Assembly: GCA_002412085.1 (NCBI GenBank)
Contig: GG745550.1
Location: 1 to 62,012 of the forward strand
Reading direction: 5' to 3'
DNA length: 62,012 nt
From: Candidatus Parvarchaeum acidophilus ARMAN-5
GTDB taxonomy: Archaea; Nanobdellota; Nanobdellia; Parvarchaeales; Parvarchaeaceae
Position 1 is the stretch's first letter. Each line of letters opens with the position of its first letter. Made by a program: the position numbers and the translations under genes. Shown piece by piece: positions 1 through 10,133 of this stretch. The notes beneath the pieces were generated by a model that was not told the DNA's origin, did not search any database, and worked only from the letters and a program-made list of their open reading frames with translations.

Positions 1-66
1 GGTCTAGTATCGATCAGTTATGTTATCGGGAGGAAGGAACACAGCGTAGTTCTAGATATAGCTTAC

Positions 67-1119
67 TTGTCAGCTGTTATGGGTGCTACCTTGGTTGTAA
101 TCTCCAGTAATTTTATATCGCTGTTTCTTTCAATAGAACTACTTTCAATCGCGTCATACGCTTTAGTATACATGAATAAATCTAATAATGCACTAGAAGG
201 AGCTGTAAAATACCTTTCTACGGGCATAGTCTCGATGGTAATACTTATTTTCGGTATCTCATTAATATACGCAGGGGCAGGAACGTTATCATTTTCATCA
301 CTTCATTCAATTTCATATCTCCCATTCATAGTAGGAGTCTCTATAGTAGTTGCAGGACTGGGTTTTAAATCTACTCTAGTTCCATTTCATATGTGGGCGC
401 CAGATACATACGAATCTTCAAAAAGTTCAGTTACTGCATTTATATCTTCGGTCTCAAAGGCGGCAGGTCTTATAGCTTTGATAAGAGTGTTTTTCTTTGC
501 CCTTCCCGTATCTTCAAGTTTCGTGACAGCGTTGTTTATATCTATAGCGTTAGTAACAATCTTTTTAAGCGCTTTCTTGGCTTCGGTACAAGATAGAATA
601 AAAAGACTTTTGGCTTATTCTAGTATTTCACAGGCAGGTTTTGCATTCATAAGTTTAGCAGTTCTTACAACAAGAGGAGTAAATGCAGCAGTTTTCTATA
701 TATTCGCATTTGCTATTGCCGATGCAATAGTATTTCTTGCATATGATATATTCGAAGAGAAGAAGATACTGTACAAAAAAGACGAAGTGAAGATGTATGG
801 TGCTTCAAAAATAGCTTCTATAACTTTTTTTATAGGCATGCTTTCTTTAGCGGGTTTTCCACCGACAATAGGTTTCTTCGGTAAACTACTTATATTTTAT
901 GCGCTTTTTAGCAGCGGGTATATACCTATAGTAATCCTTCTTTTCTTTTCGTTGTTGGTATCCACATTCTATTACTTTAATGTCTTAGCAGGAATGCGCA
1001 TAACGAAAGGCATATTCAAGAAAAATACAAAACAAGTAATACACAAAGAGCAAAGATTCAAGGAGGCTATCCTTATAGTACTTACGCTTGCTTTGTTTGC
1101 AGGAGTAATTTTTGCATGA
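67..1119 (+). CDS. nuoN: NADH-quinone oxidoreductase subunit N-like proton-translocating membrane subunit (probably 5'-partial)
   Basis: Very hydrophobic; motifs ELLSIASY, EGAVKY, GFKSTLVPFHMWAPDTYE, KRLLAYSSI, SLAGFPPTIGFFGK typical of NuoN/ND2. Confidence 0.85.
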   Translation: MSAVMGATLVVISSNFISLFLSIELLSIASYALVYMNKSNNALEGAVKYLSTGIVSMVILIFGISLIYAGAGTLSFSSLHSISYLPFIVGVSIVVAGLGFKSTLVPFHMWAPDTYESSKSSVTAFISSVSKAAGLIALIRVFFFALPVSSSFVTALFISIALVTIFLSAFLASVQDRIKRLLAYSSISQAGFAFISLAVLTTRGVNAAVFYIFAFAIADAIVFLAYDIFEEKKILYKKDEVKMYGASKIASITFFIGMLSLAGFPPTIGFFGKLLIFYALFSSGYIPIVILLFFSLLVSTFYYFNVLAGMRITKGIFKKNTKQVIHKEQRFKEAILIVLTLALFAGVIFA

Positions 1120-1146
1120 TGCTAATTAAATCAATATAAAAAGTGC

Positions 1147-1857
1147 ATGCATATTCTGTTTATGGATATAGACAAACTTCCTTTTCGGTTTAAAAAAGGA
1201 TACAGAGCAACGTTTTTTGAAGATTATGCCGTTATAGGAGATGTGCATTTGGGGTTCGAAGAAGAGATGAACAGTAGAGGTTATAATGTGTGGGAGAAAA
1301 CCGATGAAATACTTAGGTCTATATTATCATTAAAGGTCAAAAAACTTATAATGTTAGGAGATTTACGAGCAAACTATATAGCTATACGGCCAAAAGAAGG
1401 GGGCCACCTTATAAAATTCTTTTCCAAATTATCTGATTCATTTGATGAAATCATAATAACCAAAGGGAATCATGATGGTGGTTTAGAGAAAATAGTTTCA
1501 AGATTTAATAATATACAGCTAATTAGTGAGTTCATACATAAAAATGTAGGTTTCATGCATGGACATGCTCTTCCATCAATGAAACTTATAAAAGAGGCAG
1601 ATATTCTGTGCATAAGCCATCTGCATCCCTTTGTTTTAATACGAGACTCCAATGGTGTATACTATCGAAAAGATTGTTTTTTCTTTCTTAGGATAAGCCT
1701 ACCCAAAAAAACTTATCCTGCCTCAAAAGTCTCTGATTGTATAATAGTTCCCAAATTCAATCCATATATAGGCGGTTCAGAAGAGTTCGAACCAAAAGGA
1801 ATATTAAAATATGCCAAAATAGAGTCAAAAATGACGACAGATTTGGAGATTTTCTAG
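1147..1857 (+). CDS. Calcineurin-like metallophosphoesterase
   Basis: DVHLG, LGDL, GNHD, HGH and SHLHP motifs. Confidence 0.85.
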   Translation: MHILFMDIDKLPFRFKKGYRATFFEDYAVIGDVHLGFEEEMNSRGYNVWEKTDEILRSILSLKVKKLIMLGDLRANYIAIRPKEGGHLIKFFSKLSDSFDEIIITKGNHDGGLEKIVSRFNNIQLISEFIHKNVGFMHGHALPSMKLIKEADILCISHLHPFVLIRDSNGVYYRKDCFFFLRISLPKKTYPASKVSDCIIVPKFNPYIGGSEEFEPKGILKYAKIESKMTTDLEIF

Positions 1858-1897
1858 ATAAGAACTATTATAAATTCCAACCATCATACTTAATAGT

Positions 1898-2830
1898 ATG
1901 AGCTCCGAAGAATTTTGGTTTTTTATAATAGGCATAATCGCTCTTATTTTACTTCTAGTAATGAGTCCAATATTCCCAGATTTCTTTTACCTGTTTCTTC
2001 TAATTTTCATTATAATAATTGCGGTTATATTTTTCATAGCATTTGTAAAAAAATATAGTCAGTTTGAGAGGGGTATAATATTCAGACTAGGTAAATTTAA
2101 TAGAGTTGCAGGCCCGGGCTGGGCAATCGTAATGCCTTTTTTTGAGCAAGAGTATAAGAAAGTAGATGTAAGAGTAAAAATGTTAGACATAAGTTCACAG
2201 GATATATTTACAAACGATGATCTTAAACTGTCTTTAGATGGTACTATATATTACCAAATAATAGACCCGGAAAAGGCAACGCTGCAGATAGATAATTATG
2301 GCCAAGGTTTATCAAATTTGGTACAGTCCGCCATAAGAAATGCAATAGCATCACTTAGCATGAGACAGGTATTCAGCAATCTAGACAAGCTAAATGATAT
2401 ATTGGAAGACGCCATAAGGCATATGACATGGAAATGGGGCATCGATGTTCCATCAGTACAGATAAGGAGCGTTTCCCCTTCAAATGAAGTTATACAAGCT
2501 ATGCAGCAGCCAGAAATAGCTGCGAATCTTCTTCAGGCTCAAAGATTCAAGGCAGAAGCACAGAAGATAGTTATAGAGGCTATAGGTGAAGGAGGAAAAT
2601 CCCTTGACGATAAATCTATAATGTATCTGTATCTTCAGGCACTAAAACAGCTTGGCGAATCTAGCTCTTCTAAGATAATCTTGCCAATGCAGTTCATGCA
2701 AAATAGCGGCAGTATGCTTGGAGGTATAGCTGGCCTTTCTACCGCAGCATTAGCTTCTCTCGGCGGACAAGAAAATGTACAGAATGTTGTTGACAAGATA
2801 AAAGAGAAAATATCGCAGTCTAATAATTAA
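1898..2830 (+). CDS. SPFH/Band-7 (stomatin-like) membrane protein
   Basis: N-terminal TM segments, then FERGIIFRLGKF..GPG, VDVR, WGIDV. Confidence 0.9.
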   Translation: MSSEEFWFFIIGIIALILLLVMSPIFPDFFYLFLLIFIIIIAVIFFIAFVKKYSQFERGIIFRLGKFNRVAGPGWAIVMPFFEQEYKKVDVRVKMLDISSQDIFTNDDLKLSLDGTIYYQIIDPEKATLQIDNYGQGLSNLVQSAIRNAIASLSMRQVFSNLDKLNDILEDAIRHMTWKWGIDVPSVQIRSVSPSNEVIQAMQQPEIAANLLQAQRFKAEAQKIVIEAIGEGGKSLDDKSIMYLYLQALKQLGESSSSKIILPMQFMQNSGSMLGGIAGLSTAALASLGGQENVQNVVDKIKEKISQSNN

Positions 2831-3546
2831 ATATCAATGTCTAATATCCTGTAAAGATCTTTCATGGTCTCTATAATATAATCAGGTTCAAATATTTTCT
2901 TTCTTCCCTTTTTTACGTTATATTTATCAAAAAGTACTGCCATCATCCCTGCTTTCTTTGCGTTGTCTATGTCAATTTCTGGCATGTCTCCAACGAAAAT
3001 AATTTCTGAAGGCTTAAGTTCTAGCATAGACGCGGTTTTTACAAATGCTTCTACTTCCTCTTTACTTTCGGCTATGTTGACTTTTGCTATTACGGTTATA
3101 TCAAAGTGATGTATAAACTCTATGTTACTGATAGTTTTAGTCTTACTACCCGGATACAGTCCTTCTCCAGTAAGTAGTCCTATCTTAAGCCCAGCTTTTT
3201 TTAATTTTTTTATTGTTTCATCTGCTTCATCAGTAAATTCCAGTCTTCTTAAAAAATACTCTTCAAATATATTGGAGTATTTCTCTATATGTTTCTGTTC
3301 AAGTTCCACACTGGAAACTCTGGCAAATATCTCATAAAATAATTGTATGTTTCTTTTGTCATAAGGTATGGTTTTGAACTCCTTATTGGTTTTATCAATG
3401 AATTCTCTAAATAATTGATAGTTTATCTGTTTAAAATCTTTTTTTATCTCTTCAAATACAGCATCATCTGCATTCTTTACAGTGTTATGTATATCTATAA
3501 GAGTGTTGTCAAGATCAAATATCACTCCCTTTATCTCCTTTTTCAT
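2827..3546 (-). CDS. HAD-superfamily hydrolase
   Basis: FDLDNTL motif I; VGDMPEIDI..AKKAGM motif IV. Confidence 0.9.
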   Translation of the reverse strand: MKKEIKGVIFDLDNTLIDIHNTVKNADDAVFEEIKKDFKQINYQLFREFIDKTNKEFKTIPYDKRNIQLFYEIFARVSSVELEQKHIEKYSNIFEEYFLRRLEFTDEADETIKKLKKAGLKIGLLTGEGLYPGSKTKTISNIEFIHHFDITVIAKVNIAESKEEVEAFVKTASMLELKPSEIIFVGDMPEIDIDNAKKAGMMAVLFDKYNVKKGRKKIFEPDYIIETMKDLYRILDIDI

Positions 3547-3557
3547 AATACAAAAAA

Positions 3558-3628
3558 GCCTCCGACGGGTGCTGGCCCCGCGACCTTCTGCTTACAAGGC
3601 AGACGCTCTGCCGCTGAGCTACGGAGGC
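3558..3628 (-). tRNA. tRNA-Thr(UGU), non-canonical T-loop
   Basis: Reverse complement folds as a cloverleaf: acceptor GCCTCCG/CGGAGGC, anticodon arm TCTGC-CTTGTAA-GCAGA, T-stem GCGGG/CCCGT with loop GCCAGCA. Confidence 0.85.
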
Positions 3629-3702
3629 TTATTAAAAGCGCTAGACATCCTATTAAATTTTGATACGTTTATATATTTTTAGGTTTAGTCTACTATATTG
3701 TA

Positions 3703-4323
3703 ATGGAAGAGTATGAGGTTATAGAGCACGTTAAAAAAGATGAAAATGCATCAAATAATATATTTTTGATAGTTGCCATTAATTATATAATACCAACATA
3801 TGTAAAATTCGAGAGCGAGCAAGATTTTAAAGCAGGAGAAAAGGTCAGCATAGATAATAATGCGGTTTTCTATAAAAACTCAAAAGTTGGAGAGGTTAAG
3901 ATATTTAAAAGTGCAGCGGATATAGAGGTAGATACTAATTACGATATAAAGTACACTGGCGGTTACTCAGTTGACGGAAAAAAGGTATACCTTGATAAAA
4001 ATTTTCCTAAATTCATAGATGTAGACGGAAAGAAAATCGATACAATCGAAAGTATAGCAAAGCATCACGAAATGTCAGAAAAATGGATGATAGACGATGC
4101 TTACGAATATGCGTATGCGCATGAGGTGGCTACAAAAATAGAAAGAGAGTATGTAGAATCTATTGGAGTTAATTGGGATGCATATTGCAAGGAGGTTAAC
4201 AAGAATTTGCATGCTGTTTACAATACTAAAGCAGATGATACTCCTTCAGATCTAGACCTTTCACCTTACTTTTATTCAAAGGATGAAAAGGCTTTGAAAG
4301 AAATACGGGAAACTAAGGAATGA
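3703..4323 (+). CDS. Hypothetical protein with HExxE...YxxAH putative metal-binding motif
   Basis: 206-aa ORF containing HHEMSEKWM...YAYAHEVA. Confidence 0.6.
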   Translation: MEEYEVIEHVKKDENASNNIFLIVAINYIIPTYVKFESEQDFKAGEKVSIDNNAVFYKNSKVGEVKIFKSAADIEVDTNYDIKYTGGYSVDGKKVYLDKNFPKFIDVDGKKIDTIESIAKHHEMSEKWMIDDAYEYAYAHEVATKIEREYVESIGVNWDAYCKEVNKNLHAVYNTKADDTPSDLDLSPYFYSKDEKALKEIRETKE

Positions 4324-4335
4324 GGTCATTATTAA

Positions 4336-5085
4336 ATGGAAGAAAAATTTGTTGATATCCATGCTCATCTTTGCGACAGGGAATTCGATTCAAATAGAGA
4401 TTTACTTGCAGATAGATTAAGAAGGGAGTACACAGTTTTAAATGCCGGCGAGAATTCACGGCAGAATTCGGACATACTAAAGCTTTCTGAAAAATATCCA
4501 TTCATCCTTCCATGTATAGGGCTCCATCCAAATCAAATAGCAACTATGGAGTATAATCTCGTTGAAAAAGAGCTAGCATACTTATCAGATAATATCGGTA
4601 AGACTTTTGCCGTGTCTGAGATAGGTTTGGATTTCAAGGGAAAAGACTTATACCAAGAAGAACAGGAGAAGGAAGTTTTTTATAAGATATTAGAAATAGC
4701 CAATAAAAACAATAAGGTGTGCATAATTCATAGTCGTAAGGCCATCGATGATGTTCTAGAGGCTCTTTCAAGTTTTAGTATAAAAGCAGTAATACATAAT
4801 TTTGAAGGAAATTTAAGACAGCTTGAAAATGCACAAGACATCGGCGTAAATATTAGTATATCGACAGGTTTTATGCGTTTCAAGAAAGACAATGTAATAA
4901 AGAAGGTGGATATAGATAGAATTTTTACAGAAACGGATTCTCCCGTTTTAAGTCCTGATAACGCAATAAATACTCCTTTAAATTTACCTAAGCTTATAAA
5001 ATATATCGCAGATATTAAGAATATTAGTATGGAAAAATTAAAATCATCAGTATATTCAAATTTTATGAAGGTGTTTTATGATTGA
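4336..5085 (+). CDS. tatD: TatD family hydrolase
   Basis: DIHAHL, GLHP, EIGLD, IHSR, ETDSP motifs. Confidence 0.9.
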   Translation: MEEKFVDIHAHLCDREFDSNRDLLADRLRREYTVLNAGENSRQNSDILKLSEKYPFILPCIGLHPNQIATMEYNLVEKELAYLSDNIGKTFAVSEIGLDFKGKDLYQEEQEKEVFYKILEIANKNNKVCIIHSRKAIDDVLEALSSFSIKAVIHNFEGNLRQLENAQDIGVNISISTGFMRFKKDNVIKKVDIDRIFTETDSPVLSPDNAINTPLNLPKLIKYIADIKNISMEKLKSSVYSNFMKVFYD

Positions 5086-5992
5086 TTTAACTTTTCTTGG
5101 AACTTCTTCGGCCTTTCCCACTGCTAAAAGGAACCACCCTTCGGTATACTTAAGTATAGAAGGTACTCGCATGTTGCTTGACTGCGGAGAAGGCACGCAA
5201 CGTCAGATAAGAAAGGCAGGATTAAGTCCTTCCATAGATTATATATTTATAACCCACTGGCATGGAGACCATTCTCTCGGGGTGGGAGGTATGATACAGA
5301 GCCTTAATATGATGAAAAGTAATAAATTACTTTACATTTTTGGACCAAGTGGTACAAAAGAGAGTGTGGAAAATATAATAAAATCATATAAATTCTATAA
5401 CAATGTAAATGTTAAGAAGGTGCCTATAAATGCCGTAAAAGAAAGGTTATTGATAAACAACGAAAAATATTCTGTTTCGGCAATAAACGTCAAGCATTCC
5501 GTAAAATGTCTCGCATACAAAGTAAGTGAGCACGACAGTAGGAATATTCTTGTAGACAAACTTTCAAAAATGAATATAAAACCTGGAGAATTTCTTAAAG
5601 ACTTAAAAAATGGTAAGGACGTTTTATATAATGGGAAAAAACTGAAATATAAGGATTTTACTTACATTAAAAAAGGTAAATCTATTGCTTATGTAACCGA
5701 TTTAAGATTTGAAAATACAATTCTGCCATTTGTAAAAGGAGTAGATACATTAATAATAGAAAGTACCTTCGCAGCTGATTTTAAAAGGTCATACGATTTT
5801 TTTCATCTTAATATAAATGAAGCTATGAAAATTGCAAAAGATTCCGGGGCAAAAAACGTTTACTTTGTACATACGAGCCAGAGATACGATAATACAGATT
5901 TAATGCAAAAAGATGCACAGAACGTGTTTTCAAAGCTGAAATGTAAATTTAATTACTATTTTCCGGATGATTTGGATAAAATATCGCTCTAA
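5078..5992 (+). CDS. rnz: Ribonuclease Z
   Basis: FLGTSSAFPT, DCGEGTQRQ, THWHGDH, exosite PG motif, HTSQRY. Confidence 0.92.
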   Translation: MIDLTFLGTSSAFPTAKRNHPSVYLSIEGTRMLLDCGEGTQRQIRKAGLSPSIDYIFITHWHGDHSLGVGGMIQSLNMMKSNKLLYIFGPSGTKESVENIIKSYKFYNNVNVKKVPINAVKERLLINNEKYSVSAINVKHSVKCLAYKVSEHDSRNILVDKLSKMNIKPGEFLKDLKNGKDVLYNGKKLKYKDFTYIKKGKSIAYVTDLRFENTILPFVKGVDTLIIESTFAADFKRSYDFFHLNINEAMKIAKDSGAKNVYFVHTSQRYDNTDLMQKDAQNVFSKLKCKFNYYFPDDLDKISL

Positions 5993-6042
5993 TATTGAAA
6001 TATAGAAATGTATTTAAATGTCTCATTCTATATTAAGAAAAT

Positions 6043-7071
6043 ATGAATTCGATTACAGTAAGTGTTATAGGACCATATAGATCGGGAAAATCTACTCTCG
6101 TGAATAAGCTTCAGCAGAGAAAAGGAGCAGAAGAAGATGTGTCTTTCTTTTTCTTTAAATATGGAGGTAAGAACGTAACTTTATTGGATACTCCCGGGGA
6201 CATGGATAATCCTTCGGTTTTGGCATCGGTATTGACTATATCCGACGCAATAATTTTTTGCGTTTCAGTCGAGAACGGTTTAAATCCCCAGACAGGAGAG
6301 CAGATAATAATGGCTGATACAGCAGGTATTAAGCAAGGTATAATCTGTATAACAAAAGCGGATATATCAACAGCCGAAGAAGTAGAAAAATTGAAAAATA
6401 ATATATCAGCTATAATAAAAAACACAAATCTAAAAGATTTTGAGATAATAACTGTGGATATAAACAACGAACAAAGCATAGCAGATATAAGATCCAAGGT
6501 GTCTTCTCTCCATTATGAGCAAGAAAAAATAAATAAGCCCTTTAAGATATTGATAGACAATGCCTTTGAATCCAAGGGAATGTCAGTTGCAGTAGGTACA
6601 ATGCCTACTGGAAAGATAGGGGTCCATTCTGAAGGTATGATCTCTCCTGAACCATTTACGAAAGAAATATCCATAAATTCAATACAGATAAATCAAGAGG
6701 ACGTAAATTCTGCGGAGGCAGGCGATAGAGTCGGCGTTGCGATAAAAGGAGTTTGGCCTTGGGATCTTCCACGAGGTGTAGAGATAAGACAAAAAGGGAG
6801 TTATAAAGACATGAAAGAAGGAGAAATATCTGTAGACGTAATCCCTCTTTACAAGCAGGAGATAAAAGATGATATAAAGCTTAATCTTATCTGTAACTGG
6901 CAAAATTCTGTTATAACACTGAGTAACGTAAAATACGAAAACAAAAAAATGAATGCTCATTTCATTGCTGAAAAAAATATATGTTTTGACGATAACGACC
7001 GCATGCTACTTATAAATAAGGATCTTCCTATAAGGTTTCTTAGAGTTGTAGGAAAACCAGTCATAAGCTAA
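6043..7071 (+). CDS. SelB/EF-Tu-like translational GTPase homolog
   Basis: P-loop GPYRSGKST, DTPG, TKAD, and EF-Tu domain II (SIQIN...AEAGDRVGVAIKG). Confidence 0.75.
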   Translation: MNSITVSVIGPYRSGKSTLVNKLQQRKGAEEDVSFFFFKYGGKNVTLLDTPGDMDNPSVLASVLTISDAIIFCVSVENGLNPQTGEQIIMADTAGIKQGIICITKADISTAEEVEKLKNNISAIIKNTNLKDFEIITVDINNEQSIADIRSKVSSLHYEQEKINKPFKILIDNAFESKGMSVAVGTMPTGKIGVHSEGMISPEPFTKEISINSIQINQEDVNSAEAGDRVGVAIKGVWPWDLPRGVEIRQKGSYKDMKEGEISVDVIPLYKQEIKDDIKLNLICNWQNSVITLSNVKYENKKMNAHFIAEKNICFDDNDRMLLINKDLPIRFLRVVGKPVIS

Positions 7072-7101
7072 ATTTTTATAATATAAGTAACTATTGATTT
7101 T

Positions 7102-8078
7102 ATGCCAGAGTCATATAAAAAAGATGTTATACGAGTGGATTATAGGACGGGTAAGAAGATACTTTTTTCTAGTGTAAGAAACAATAAACCAGATGATTTT
7201 TATCATATTTCTGGAGATAATTGGGAGTCAGATATATCCAAGTGTCCATTTGAGTATGGAAAGGAGGCTTTAAACAAGACTATAAAATTGGTAGGCGGAG
7301 ACGAACATTCTTGGAAGCTTAAAGTTATAGAGAATAAATTTCCAATGCTTTCACCAGAATTCGATTTTATACCTTTGGAAGGATTACTCGAAGAGAAGCC
7401 TGCTTTCGGTTACTGTGAAGTAATATTTGAAACTCCAATACATAATCTAAGATTTTCACAGCTTGGAAAAGAGGAATACTTAAGGTGGTTAGACACCATT
7501 ATTGAAAGAGAAAATGAGCTATATTCGAGGGATAGAATAAAATACGTCTATGTATTTAAGAACGAAGGCCCGAGAAGTGGCGCCAGTCTTTCACATACAC
7601 ACAGCCAAATAATTTCTTTTGAGGAAGTTCCAGAAACGATAAAAGACGAGCAAAAAAAGATCAGCGAATTTATCGATTCAAACCACGCATGCCTGTATGA
7701 ACAAATTCTTAATTATGAAAAAGAAAGAGTTTTAGTAGAAAATAATACTTTCATAGCGTTTGCTCCATTTGGATCTAAGATGAGTTCGGAATCCTTAATT
7801 ATGCCAAAGAGGCATGTTAATTATGTGGGTTTGCTTTCATCCGAGGAAAAATCAGATTTTGTAGACATACTATCAAAAATTATAAAAACAAACGAGGCTT
7901 TATTTGGAAAGATTTCATATAATATACTGTTCCATGAAGTTAAAGACGATGAGACTTTCATTTTCATGTTGAGATATGCCCCAGAGTTATAACATTCGCT
8001 GCAATAGAATTCGCAGGGTTTAATACAAATCAAGTATTTCCAGAGTTTTATGCAAAGCTTTTTAGAGAAAAAAGCTAA
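7102..8078 (+). CDS. GalT-like HIT-family uridylyltransferase (frameshift near 7950)
   Basis: CPF, ENKFP, GASLSHTHSQ active site; conserved C-terminus FHFHVEICPR...QVFPEFYAKLFREKS* continues in another frame to TAA at 8076-8078. Confidence 0.8.
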
Positions 8079-8276
8079 GTTTATTGTTTATAACACTATT
8101 TTTTCATAATAGTCTTTTTCAATATTCTGCGAAAGAATAGACTCTTAGCGAACTTATAACCAAGATATATGTATTTGAGTCTTTTTAGAAAATATTTGTT
8201 ATTAAAATAAAAAATGAACAAATTCCTTATTATAATAAAATGGTATAATTAAACAAATATCCATTTGTTTTGATTA

Positions 8277-9248
8277 TTAATTTTTTTGCTTTGTTGTATC
8301 ATTATTGTAAATTTTACGTATGTTTTCATAGATAAGATTCCTTAATTCTGAAGGATAATTATCGATAGCTTTTTTAAATTCTTCTATGTTCTCTTCTTTT
8401 AAATTTATAGACAACCAAGAGTTAATGGCACCGAAATCAACAGCAGTATACAGTGAGTTTTTTAAAAGTACACCGACTACTTTTGAATTCTTGCTTTTTA
8501 TTTGGTCGTTTATAGCATCAGTTAAGTGCATTTCATTGTTTGCGCCAGGTTTTACATTTTTTATGCTATCCATGCTTTTTTCATTAAATATATACATTCC
8601 ACCAGACATCACTTCATATCTATCTTTTACTCCAAATCTTTTTTCTATAACATCATCATTTGGTTTTTCTATTGCATCTGTAGTATCTAGCAATATTTTG
8701 TCTAGGTAATTTAATTTATTGCCTTTTACAACTCCTCCTTTTTTTGCTATTTCTTTATCAAGATTTTCAAAATAGTATAATGGACAACCGTTATAAATAT
8801 CAATTAGGTTTTTCATTAAACTTTCGTATTTTTCATGTCTATCGATTATTAAGTTGTCTCCCAATAATGTAATGTAAGATTTTCCTCTTAGTTCATCTTC
8901 AGCCATTGCCAATGCAGCTGCTGGCCCCTTTGGTTTTTTCAAATATTTATCTTCTTCCTGATAAATTAGTTTTATTCTTACTTCTTTATCTTTATCTCTT
9001 AATTGCCTTTCTAAATCCTTTAAATATTCATTCTGAAACCTAAATGAATAATCGTTATCTTCATCTTTTCTTGTCACGACTATTATATCCTTTATACCGT
9101 TGTTATAGCAATTCATTATGTGGTGGTATATTAAAGGTTTGTCTCTATAAGGAACCATTGTCTTTGGGATAAAGTTGGTAAATGGGCGAAGACGACTTCC
9201 ATTTCCAGCCGCTAATATCACGGCCGTTTTAATCTCCGTGTATCCCAT
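8277..9248 (-). CDS. Sugar-1-phosphate nucleotidyltransferase (GalU/RfbA-like)
   Basis: ILAAGNGSRLRPFT..PK, LGD, EKP, EMHLTDAI. Confidence 0.85.
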   Translation of the reverse strand: MGYTEIKTAVILAAGNGSRLRPFTNFIPKTMVPYRDKPLIYHHIMNCYNNGIKDIIVVTRKDEDNDYSFRFQNEYLKDLERQLRDKDKEVRIKLIYQEEDKYLKKPKGPAAALAMAEDELRGKSYITLLGDNLIIDRHEKYESLMKNLIDIYNGCPLYYFENLDKEIAKKGGVVKGNKLNYLDKILLDTTDAIEKPNDDVIEKRFGVKDRYEVMSGGMYIFNEKSMDSIKNVKPGANNEMHLTDAINDQIKSKNSKVVGVLLKNSLYTAVDFGAINSWLSINLKEENIEEFKKAIDNYPSELRNLIYENIRKIYNNDTTKQKN

Positions 9249-9370
9249 GTTAAATAATCTATATTGAAATAAACTTATATTAATATCTTTATAGTACTAA
9301 AATCTATTTTATAGTATTAGTCATAGAGTGTATAGACTAATGTTTTTTAATTTCAATTGTTTATTTTATA

Positions 9371-10021
9371 TCAACCAAGTAGTATATTCTCAGTTATAAG
9401 TGCCGGAAGTTCTTTTACTTTATCTTCTTCAAAATCAGTTTCTCTCATTAATAATTCCTTTAGTATTTTTTCAGCATCGCCTTTTTCTATCTCTTTGTCA
9501 GTTAAAGCTTTTGATATTTCTCTATACCTTACCGAATCTATCATAGGGAAGTTTTCATATTTACTTATATATTTTTTCATTTCTTCTAGATAATTTTTAC
9601 TCGTTTCGATTTTTATTATGCTTTTCCAAAGGGTAGTCTCTTTTTCCGCTGTTTCTTTGCTGTCAGACGCGTGTACAAGATTTATACCTTTAGTAGTACC
9701 ATATCTACCTCTTATAGAAAGTGGGTCGGCTTTCTCACACATCGTCTTGCCAAGAAGATTTCTTACTTTCTCAGTTATATTATCACCAGCGGCTATTATA
9801 ACTGCTAACTCCGTATAGCTCATAAAATTTATAAGATTATCATAGCAAAATTTTCCTTTATGCTCACCATAATGTTTTTCGGCAAGAAAATCTTTATCAG
9901 GTTTAATTATTTCAAAAAATTTTATTTCTGGATTTAATTCAAGTATGCTTTTAAGAGCCCTTGCTCCAGAGTATCTTCGTACCATTCCATCAGGTTTTAG
10001 TAATATCAACATTTCTTCCAT
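9371..10021 (-). CDS. ndk: Nucleoside diphosphate kinase with C-terminal extension
   Basis: LKPDG, HYGEH, SIRGRYG, NLVHASDS. Confidence 0.9.
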   Translation of the reverse strand: MEEMLILLKPDGMVRRYSGARALKSILELNPEIKFFEIIKPDKDFLAEKHYGEHKGKFCYDNLINFMSYTELAVIIAAGDNITEKVRNLLGKTMCEKADPLSIRGRYGTTKGINLVHASDSKETAEKETTLWKSIIKIETSKNYLEEMKKYISKYENFPMIDSVRYREISKALTDKEIEKGDAEKILKELLMRETDFEEDKVKELPALITENILLG

Positions 10022-10133
10022 ATTACTTTTTGTGGATAATTCAATATAAACCTTTGCAGGTTTTTTAATTTAAGATATATTTAATTTACTTATTAATAGT
10101 AAAATATTAATATGTAAATAGATTATTTTATGG

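Noticed and set aside
6043..7071. SelB-like gene as evidence of selenocysteine decoding
   Set aside because: Too short for true SelB; no tRNA-Sec, SelD or UGA-containing genes seen.
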